64,000 nt of DNA from Microthrixaceae bacterium (GTDB taxonomy: Bacteria; Actinomycetota; Acidimicrobiia; Acidimicrobiales; Microtrichaceae): NCBI GenBank assembly GCA_037045585.1, contig JBAOIR010000041.1, forward strand, positions 24,112 through 88,111, given 5' to 3'. Each line of letters begins with the position of its first letter. The stretch's first letter is position 1. Positions 57,820 through 64,000 of the stretch are shown here, piece after piece. The notes under the pieces were generated by a model. It was not told the DNA's origin, ran no database searches, and saw only the letters and a program-made list of their open reading frames with translations. A program made the translations under genes and the position numbers.

Positions 57820-57878
57820 CGACACCCCCACAGCCAGCACGGCCCGCGCCCGCGTGCCCGCACGTGACCGATGACGCG

Positions 57879-57912
57879 GACGGGCCCGGGTCGAATCCGA
57901 CCCGGGCCCGTC
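57879..57912. terminator. Perfect 15-bp stem hairpin between convergent genes
   Basis: GACGGGCCCGGGTCG aatc CGACCCGGGCCCGTC. A second short hairpin GGGGCCC ga GGGCCCC lies at 57928..57943. Confidence 0.6.
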
Positions 57913-57951
57913 GATGCAGGTACGTTCGGGGCCCGAGGGCCCCGGTCGTCA

Positions 57952-58542
57952 TCAGCCGTTGGCAGCGGTGATCACCGAGTCGAGGACGTGGATCACACCG
58001 TTGGAGGCGACGATGTCGGTCGTCACGACCTTGGCGCCGCCAACCGTGACCTCGCCACCGTTGACCTCGACCTTGAGCTTGCCGCCACCGAGGGTCTCGA
58101 TGGAGGTGCCGGCCGCGGCCACGGCGTCAGCGGCCATGATCTTGCCGCTCACGACGTGGAGCTTCAGCACGTCGGCGAGGGCTCCGGTCGGGTCGGCGGC
58201 GAGCGCCTCGAGCGTCGCGGCGTCGACCTTGCCGAAGGCCTCGTTGGTCGGGGCGAACACGGTGAAGGGGCCCTCACCGCTCAGCGCCTCGGCGAGGCCG
58301 GCCTTGCCGACGAGGTCGACGAGGGTCGAGAAGTCCGGGTTGCCGGCGGCGATGTCGACGATCGTCCCCGACGCCTCGGGCGCCTCGGTCGTGGCCGGTG
58401 CCTCGGTGGTGTCGGGTGCCTCGGTCGTCGCCGGTGCCTCGGTGGTCGTGGTGTCGTCGGCGGTGTCGGAGTCATCCGAGCAGCCGGCGGCGAGCAACGC
58501 GACCGGGAGGGTCAGAACGGCGAGGGCACGAGAAATACGCAT
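57952..58542 (-). CDS. Fasciclin (FAS1) domain lipoprotein with a (TTEAP)n linker
   Basis: Lipobox LLAAGC, the linker TTEAPATTEAPDTTEAPATTEAP (15-bp coding repeats about 58380..58450), then GEGPFTVFAPTNEAF....L.LHVVSG....TLGGGKL.V......V...D...SNGVIHV.D.V. Confidence 0.85.
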   Translation of the reverse strand: MRISRALAVLTLPVALLAAGCSDDSDTADDTTTTEAPATTEAPDTTEAPATTEAPEASGTIVDIAAGNPDFSTLVDLVGKAGLAEALSGEGPFTVFAPTNEAFGKVDAATLEALAADPTGALADVLKLHVVSGKIMAADAVAAAGTSIETLGGGKLKVEVNGGEVTVGGAKVVTTDIVASNGVIHVLDSVITAANG

Positions 58543-58578
58543 GGCAAAGCTCCTTGGGAGATGGATTGCCCGTACTTC

Positions 58579-58602
58579 GTTCGGACCCGCCGGTCCGGAT
58601 GC
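58579..58602 (-). promoter_or_regulatory. Variant of the ECF motif with 12-nt spacer (GCATCC-N12-CCGAAC)
   Basis: The minus strand reads tGCATCC ggaccggcgggt CCGAAC, 37 nt upstream of ATG 58542. The non-canonical spacing lowers confidence. Confidence 0.3.
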
Positions 58603-58623
58603 AGGAATCTTCGCGAGGCGTGA

Positions 58624-59304
58624 TCAGCCGTCGAGGCGACCGTCGCGGATGTGGACGGTGCGGTCGGCGTAGTGGGTGATGCGATCGTCGTGGGTCACGA
58701 TGATCGCCGCCGTGCCCCGCGACTTCATCTCGTTCTGGATGAGCTCCATCACCTGCTCGCCGAGCTTGGAGTCGAGCGCGCTGGTCGGTTCGTCGAACAG
58801 CACCAGCGTCGGTTCGTTCATCAGCGCCCGGCCGATCGCGACCCGCTGACGCTGGCCACCCGACAGCTGCTCGGGGAGGTTGTTGCGCCGATCGGTCAGA
58901 CCCAGCTCCTCGAGCAGCGTGTCGGCCCGATCACGGGCCGCCTGGCCGGTCCGTCGGCCCAGCTCGTCGACGACGAGCAGGTTCTCACGAGCGGTCAGGA
59001 ACGGGATCAGGTTCACCGACTGGAACACGAAGCCGATGTTGCTCTGGCGGAACTCGGTGAGTTGGCGGTCGGAGTACCCGCTGATGCGCGTGCCCGCGAC
59101 CGTGACCTCGCCCGACGTCGGAGCGAGGATGCCGCCGGCGATGGAACACAAGGTCGTCTTGCCCGAACCGGACGGGCCGATGAGGGCGACGATCTCGTCG
59201 GACCCGACCGTCAGGTCGATGTCGGCGAGCGCAACGATCTCGTCGTCACCGACCTGGTAGGTCTTCGTGACGTCGTCGAGGTGGAGGGCGGGGTGGTCGG
59301 TCAT
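58624..59304 (-). CDS. ABC transporter ATP-binding protein (MacB/LolD-like)
   Basis: 226 aa. GPSGSGKTTL, LSGGQRQRVAIGRAL, LVLFDEPTSALD. ATGA overlap with the upstream permease gene. Confidence 0.9.
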   Translation of the reverse strand: MTDHPALHLDDVTKTYQVGDDEIVALADIDLTVGSDEIVALIGPSGSGKTTLCSIAGGILAPTSGEVTVAGTRISGYSDRQLTEFRQSNIGFVFQSVNLIPFLTARENLLVVDELGRRTGQAARDRADTLLEELGLTDRRNNLPEQLSGGQRQRVAIGRALMNEPTLVLFDEPTSALDSKLGEQVMELIQNEMKSRGTAAIIVTHDDRITHYADRTVHIRDGRLDG

Positions 59305-60398
59305 GTCGAGGTCCCGATGGCTGAGGCTGGATCGATACGGAGCACGCGTCGGAGCGAGAACGATGCGCCGAGCACCGACGCGAGGAGGAGCAGAGCGAGG
59401 GAGGTTCCGACCCGTGCGGGGGTCAGGGTGAAGGGGATGCTGTCGGCGGGCAGGGCCGCCTGGAACACGATCGCGACCACGCTGGCGATGACACCGGCGA
59501 TCAGCGACAGGACGACGGCCTGGGTGATCACCGCTGCGAAGATCGAGCGGTTGCGGGCGCCGATCGCCTTGAGCACGCCGTACAACCCGACCCGCTCGCC
59601 GGTGAGCAGCGCGAAGAAGAGGGCGACCACCGCGGCCGCGATGACCACGGTCAGACCGATGATCTGCTGGAGCACGCCGCCCCCCGTGTCGGGGATCGCG
59701 TCGGCGGCGGCCGCCCGGGTCACCGTCGACGTCGACCCCGTCGCTTCGTCGATGGCACGGGCGGTCGCTGCGGGTGTCGACGTGTCGACGACCACGACCT
59801 GGGTGGAACCCTCGGGAAGCACGGCGTCGGGCTTGTTGGCCGCGACGACCTCACGGAGCGACGCCGACGACACCAGCATCGTCGGTTGGGTCTGGAAGCC
59901 GACGTCGTCGGCGAAGCCCGCGACCCGAAGCGGGGTCCGGGCAGCGCCCACCTCGATCACGGTGCCGACCCGCACGCCGCGGTCGCGCAGGGTCGAATCG
60001 ACCCAGGCGTCACCGTCCGGCATCGAGTCCGGCAAGCCGGCGAACGGCCGGTCGTAGCCGACGACGACGACGTCGATGAGATCACGGGGTGCTGCGTCGG
60101 GCAGCCGGCCGCCGAGCTGCACCAGGCCGAGCGAACCGGTCGCCGTGACACCGTCGGTCGCAGCGATCGCCGCGACGGTGTCGGCGGGGACGAGGCTCTG
60201 GGGGATCGACTCCTCCGAGGTCGCCGAGAACACGATGAGGTCGGCGCTCTGGGAGCGCAGAAGACCGTCGTTGTTGGCGTTGAGCCCCTCGACGAGGCCG
60301 CTCAGCAGGAGCAGGAGCGAGCCGAGCAGGAAGAGGATCGCCGTGGCAGCCGCGAACCGGCCGGGACGTCGACGCAATTCGCGCCATGCGAGTTTCAT
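59301..60398 (-). CDS. FtsX-like ABC transporter permease
   Basis: ATG 60398 (MKLAWRELRRRPGRF). It has a large extracytoplasmic loop after TM1 and a C-terminal FtsX helix bundle. Confidence 0.8.
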   Translation of the reverse strand: MKLAWRELRRRPGRFAAATAILFLLGSLLLLLSGLVEGLNANNDGLLRSQSADLIVFSATSEESIPQSLVPADTVAAIAATDGVTATGSLGLVQLGGRLPDAAPRDLIDVVVVGYDRPFAGLPDSMPDGDAWVDSTLRDRGVRVGTVIEVGAARTPLRVAGFADDVGFQTQPTMLVSSASLREVVAANKPDAVLPEGSTQVVVVDTSTPAATARAIDEATGSTSTVTRAAAADAIPDTGGGVLQQIIGLTVVIAAAVVALFFALLTGERVGLYGVLKAIGARNRSIFAAVITQAVVLSLIAGVIASVVAIVFQAALPADSIPFTLTPARVGTSLALLLLASVLGASFSLRRVLRIDPASAIGTST

Positions 60399-61516
60399 CG
60401 GCCCGCACCTCCCCCGCCGGTTGCCTGGTTCGGGTCGATCGCCAGGACGCGGCGGATGGACGCGACGGCCGACACCACCCCGAGCACCACGAGGGTCGCC
60501 ACCCAGAACCCCACGTTCGTCGGCTCGAACCGGAGCCGGAGGCTGCCCGTCTTTCCTCGTGTCAGCAGGGCGAACCCGCCGACCGCGATGCCGAGCCCGA
60601 CGCCGAGCACGAGCGACACCTGGACGAGGAGCGCCTCCACCAGGCGACGGGCCGGAGCTCCGAGGGCCCGCAGCAGCACGAGGGAACTGGCTTTCTGGAA
60701 GGTGAGGATCAGGAAGAACAGGCCGCACACGAGCGGGACGACGAGTCCGAAGAGTACGAGGATCACCGTGAACGACTGCTTGATCGACTCGATGCCGGGG
60801 TTGAGCTCAGCGGCGTCGACGCGTGACAGCGCGTCGATCGACTCGTCGGCACGGTTGAGCCGCGTGGTGAGCTCGGCGACCGTCGTGCCGCTCGCCGGCG
60901 ACACGCCCAACACGTTGGGCACGTCCAACGTCGCGGCAGGATTCCGCGTCTGCAGGACGGTGAGGTACGTGTCCGACGTCGTGAAGACGGTCGGCAGCAC
61001 GTTGATGCCCACGTCGTCGGCGAGCCCGACGACCTCGAGATCGATCCCGGCCGGTTGTACCGTCACGGTGGACCCGATTCCGAAGCCGTCCTCTTCGTTG
61101 CCGGCGTTGGCGACGACCTCGCCAGCGGCCTCGGGGAGACGACCTTCGAGCAGCGGGCCGGGGCCGCCGAGGTCGGGGTCGGTGTAGCCGAGCACCGAGG
61201 TCGCCTGGGTCTCACCACCGGCCTCGATCGGGAACGTCCCCTGGTAGATGGCGGCGATCCCACCGATGCCCTCGGTCGCCCGCACCTTCTCCTCGAGTTC
61301 GGGGCTCACGGAGCTGCTCTGGGGAAACCGGCGCCCGTCGACGTTGAACACGAGCACGGGCGCGGTCTGGTGACGCACGCCGCCCACGAACTGCCGGATC
61401 AGGGAGTTCTGGATCGCCGATTGGAACAGGATCAGGAACGCCAACAGCGCAACGGCTGCGATCAGGAGACCGAAGCGGACCTTTGATCTTCGAATCTCGC
61501 GGAGGGCCAAGAACAC
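60395..61516 (-). CDS. FtsX-like ABC transporter permease (second copy)
   Basis: GTG 61516 is preceded by GGGAGGAG. FLALREIRRSKVRFGLL; same architecture as its neighbour; ATGA overlap. Confidence 0.8.
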   Translation of the reverse strand: MFLALREIRRSKVRFGLLIAAVALLAFLILFQSAIQNSLIRQFVGGVRHQTAPVLVFNVDGRRFPQSSSVSPELEEKVRATEGIGGIAAIYQGTFPIEAGGETQATSVLGYTDPDLGGPGPLLEGRLPEAAGEVVANAGNEEDGFGIGSTVTVQPAGIDLEVVGLADDVGINVLPTVFTTSDTYLTVLQTRNPAATLDVPNVLGVSPASGTTVAELTTRLNRADESIDALSRVDAAELNPGIESIKQSFTVILVLFGLVVPLVCGLFFLILTFQKASSLVLLRALGAPARRLVEALLVQVSLVLGVGLGIAVGGFALLTRGKTGSLRLRFEPTNVGFWVATLVVLGVVSAVASIRRVLAIDPNQATGGGGAGR

Positions 61517-61611
61517 GACCCAGTCTCCTCCCTGGTGGGGGCACACGCCCAAACGGCTGCCGGACACCCGCGGGCCGGCACCGGATCGGGACACAACGGT
61601 GGTGCAACCTA

Positions 61612-61639
61612 CTTCGGACGGACCCGTCGATCCGGATGC
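61612..61639 (-). promoter_or_regulatory. ECF-type promoter motif GCATCC-N16-CCGAAG upstream of the ABC exporter operon
   Basis: The minus strand reads tGCATCC ggatcgacgggtccgt CCGAAG, 96 nt upstream of GTG 61516. Confidence 0.6.
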
Positions 61640-61769
61640 ACCTGGTCGCCCGTCGACCAGATCGTGGGATCGTCCGGACCCGAACGCGGACGGAGGGCCC
61701 GACGAGCGGGCCCTCCGGTACCGGCGACGACTCGACGGTCCGGCCGGTGGTGCGGCCGAACCGGCGCGA

Positions 61770-62237
61770 TCACGCGGCCGGCGTCGGTTGCTCGATCGAC
61801 ATGCGTTCGGCGCTCGACGCGTCGAGCGCGGTCGGTTCGACCGGGGCCGTGGCGATGCTGATCTTGCGGGGCTTGGCGCGCTCGGAGATCGGCACCCGCA
61901 ACACGAGGACCCCGGCGTCGTAGCCGGCACGGACCCGATCGGTGTCGAGTGTGTCGCCGAGAACGATCTGCCGACTGAAGACCCCGCGGGGTCGCTCGGC
62001 GGCGACGTAGTCGCGATGCCCCTCGGGTTGGGGACGCTCGGCGCGGACCGTGAGCACGTTGCGCTCGACGTCGATGTCGATCGAGTCGGCGCTCACCCCC
62101 GGAACGTCCAGCTCGATGACGAACTCGTCACCGTCGCGCCACGCATCCATCGCCATGGCGGCGGGACGTGCCGCGGTGCCCAGGAGCTGCTGGGTGAGCC
62201 GGTCGAGATCACGGAACGGATCGGTGCGCATCAACAT
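61770..62237 (-). CDS. Hsp20/alpha-crystallin small heat-shock protein
   Basis: 155 aa. ATG 62237 with GGAGG 10 nt upstream. ..[17 protein letters not shown]....[16 protein letters not shown].......GVFSRQ..LG..LD.D.V.A.Y..GVL.L.VP. Confidence 0.9.
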   Translation of the reverse strand: MLMRTDPFRDLDRLTQQLLGTAARPAAMAMDAWRDGDEFVIELDVPGVSADSIDIDVERNVLTVRAERPQPEGHRDYVAAERPRGVFSRQIVLGDTLDTDRVRAGYDAGVLVLRVPISERAKPRKISIATAPVEPTALDASSAERMSIEQPTPAA

Positions 62238-62362
62238 GGTTCATTGCCTCCTGACGTGACGTTGGGATGAAACGACAGCCACTCATTGCTTATCTGTTGC
62301 GACTGCCATAGATTTAGGATATTCAAATCGATCACAGGTTGCAACCAGTTCGGAGCGGTTCC

Positions 62363-62656
62363 ATGGCCAACGGCGAAGACGATCCGACGAGGGGTCTCTA
62401 CGGGATCTCGGTCGCGGCCGAGCTGGTCGGCAACGGCGAGCAGAACATTCGCCTCTACGAGCGGCGTGGCCTCGTGACCCCGGCCCGATCCGCCGGCGGC
62501 ACCCGTCGCTACAGCGACCACGACCTCGGTCGGCTCCGGCGGATTGCCGAACTCCTGGGCGACGGGCTGAACCTCGCCGGGGTGGGCCGGGTGCTCGAGC
62601 TCGAGGACGAGATCGGTCGGCTCCGGGCCGAACGAGACGCCAGCGACCGGCGCTGA
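62363..62656 (+). CDS. MerR-family regulator, HspR-like
   Basis: ATG 62363. YGISVAAELVG...QNIRLYERRGLVTPARSAGGTRRYSDHDLGRLRRI.EL...GLNLAGV.RVLELE. It is transcribed divergently from hsp20. Confidence 0.8.
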   Translation: MANGEDDPTRGLYGISVAAELVGNGEQNIRLYERRGLVTPARSAGGTRRYSDHDLGRLRRIAELLGDGLNLAGVGRVLELEDEIGRLRAERDASDRR

Positions 62657-62667
62657 CGCCCTCGGCG

Positions 62668-63096
62668 TCAGCGCGACGGCCAGAGCAGGCCCTCGCGCCG
62701 AATCGCATGGTCGAGGGCCTCGACGAGGCGATCGACCGATCCCTCGCACGCGTCGAGGTCGGCCGGCGCCAGGAGGTTCACGATGCCGGCGGTCGTCTCG
62801 GCGACGACCACGGGGGCAACGTCGCCCGTCGCGGCGCGGACCTCGGCCGGTTGGTCGTCGCGGTGGTACGCGTCGAACGGCACGGGGAGACCGTCGCGGC
62901 ACGTCCGCCACTCGGATCGTTCGCGGACGAGCCCGTGGGTGATGTCGCAGAGCGAGCAGTGCGCCCGCCCGAGGCGGGCACCGACCCAGTAGGTGAGTTC
63001 ACCCCGGAGCGAGCCGTCGGCGTCGTACACCCCGACGAGCCTGACGACGTGGGTCGGGGCCTCGGTGGAGGGCACGTCGGAACGGTCGGTCGGCAC
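62668..63096 (-). CDS. Conserved hypothetical protein with a CxxC motif
   Basis: GTG 63096; 142 aa. VVRLVGVYDADGSLRGELTYWVGARLGRAHCSLCDITHG. No family name recalled. Confidence 0.5.
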   Translation of the reverse strand: MPTDRSDVPSTEAPTHVVRLVGVYDADGSLRGELTYWVGARLGRAHCSLCDITHGLVRERSEWRTCRDGLPVPFDAYHRDDQPAEVRAATGDVAPVVVAETTAGIVNLLAPADLDACEGSVDRLVEALDHAIRREGLLWPSR

Positions 63097-63100
63097 GCGC

Positions 63101-63838
63101 TCAGGGTACGGCACTGCCGTCCCGGGACACCGTCGTCGGCGATCCCGCGGCCACGACCGCCGTCGACACCACCAGCACACCCGCCGGCAGGAACAGCAGC
63201 CACTTCGAGGAACCGAGCGCCGCTGCGACCGCCGCGCCGGCGACGTAGCTGACCAGCACCGTGGCCAGCACCAGCACGGTGACCCGTCGTCGATGCGCCG
63301 AGGACCGGCCGGCGCGCCGCCCGGCGAGCGCCACCTTCTCGCCGATGCGCACGATCGCCCCGGTCCCGTAGGTCGTCGAGACCGCGACGTCGCCCACACG
63401 GCGAAGGGTCGCCGCCTGGACGCCCATCGCCGCGGCGGCGACCACCACGATCGGTATCGCCGACCCGGTGAGCCGGGGATGGAAGCCGACGCCGTGCCGA
63501 CTCCGGAGCACCGCAACCGCCACGAGCAGCACCGACTCGACCGCGAGGAGCACCTCGGGCCGCAGGTGTCCCCACCGTCGCAGCCGACGGTCGTGCTCGA
63601 CGATCGAGACGATGACACCGGTGGCGAAGGCCACGACCGCCGCTGCGGCGCCGACCGCCTGCCACCAGTTGCCGTCTCCGACGAGCATGCCGATGTGGAC
63701 GAGGTTGCCGCTCATGTTCGCCACGAAGATCGGTGACACCGCGAGGTAGATGTGGGCGTCGACGAACCCGGCGACCATCGCCAGCGCCACGGCGAGCAGC
63801 AGAGGACCCGAGGGGTGGTGCGTCGACTCCTGGGTCAC
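63101..63838 (-). CDS. DUF1275 (YoaK-like) membrane protein
   Basis: GTG 63838. LLLAVALAMVAGFVDA..Y......FVANMSGN.V..G, with about 6 TM helices. Confidence 0.7.
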   Translation of the reverse strand: MTQESTHHPSGPLLLAVALAMVAGFVDAHIYLAVSPIFVANMSGNLVHIGMLVGDGNWWQAVGAAAAVVAFATGVIVSIVEHDRRLRRWGHLRPEVLLAVESVLLVAVAVLRSRHGVGFHPRLTGSAIPIVVVAAAAMGVQAATLRRVGDVAVSTTYGTGAIVRIGEKVALAGRRAGRSSAHRRRVTVLVLATVLVSYVAGAAVAAALGSSKWLLFLPAGVLVVSTAVVAAGSPTTVSRDGSAVP

Positions 63839-63846
63839 CGTTGCGC

Positions 63847-64000
63847 TCAGGCAGCCGTTGTTGTCGGTGAGGAACGATCGGGCTCGGGCAACGGGTGCAC
63901 GGTGGCCAGGTCCCACGCTGCAGCGGATTCGACCGCGTGGTCGGCCATGAATCGACGCAGCGAGAGCAGGATGCCGACGAAGGGGCCGGCGAAGAGCGCC
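63847..64000 (-). CDS. 3' end of an unidentified membrane-protein gene that continues beyond the window
   Basis: Open frame from the window edge to TGA (63847..63849) with high third-position GC. ALFAGPFVGILLSLRRF.. is hydrophobic. Confidence 0.35.
   Translation of the reverse strand, partial: ALFAGPFVGILLSLRRFMADHAVESAAAWDLATVHPLPEPDRSSPTTTAA

Overview
This is a very GC-rich chromosomal segment (about 70% by eye, not computed). Its gene content looks actinobacterial: an F420/LLM-type oxidoreductase, a mycothiol-type DinB enzyme, a DUF222-HNH protein, DUF3556, an LAxTG sorting signal and an RskA-type anti-sigma factor. I count about 60 protein-coding genes on both strands, many joined by ATGA/GTGA start-stop overlaps. 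I recognised no rRNA, tRNA, CRISPR array, prophage or classical defence genes. The only mobile-element trace is a truncated IS481-family transposase.

Contents, left to right:
- GH3 glycosidase (partial), catalase HPII, and a glnS-gltX tandem.
- A 2,4-dienoyl-CoA-reductase-like flavoenzyme.
- A 1118-aa secreted repeat protein and a DUF3494 surface protein.
- A TetR/DUF3556 pair.
- A crotonase / PRMT-like methyltransferase / ACAD-like flavoprotein operon.
- A PP2C phosphatase and a CrtQ/CrtO-like glycosyltransferase-acyltransferase pair.
- A cupin-amidohydrolase-MarR-epimerase-DUF1611 operon.
- A sulfatase, a ferredoxin and a DUF222-HNH gene.
- A large LuxR (LAL) regulator with an ABC-2 exporter.
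- An ECF sigma/anti-sigma pair surrounded by fasciclin (FAS1) genes.
- A CsoR-CopZ-CopA copper locus.
- Two two-component systems, ApbE and a haem-binding protein.
- A MacB-like ABC exporter and an hsp20/HspR-like pair.

Most interesting signal: the bipartite promoter motif TGCATCC-N16-CCGAA(C/T/G) occurs five times in correctly oriented intergenic positions, plus one N12 variant. It sits in front of the ECF sigma gene itself, three FAS1 genes, a lipocalin gene and the ABC exporter operon. This suggests a SigK/RskA-like regulon.

Major caveat: at least 11 well-conserved genes need one or more frame corrections. That looks like indel errors in the assembly rather than gene decay. All family assignments come from motif recognition by eye; no database search was possible.
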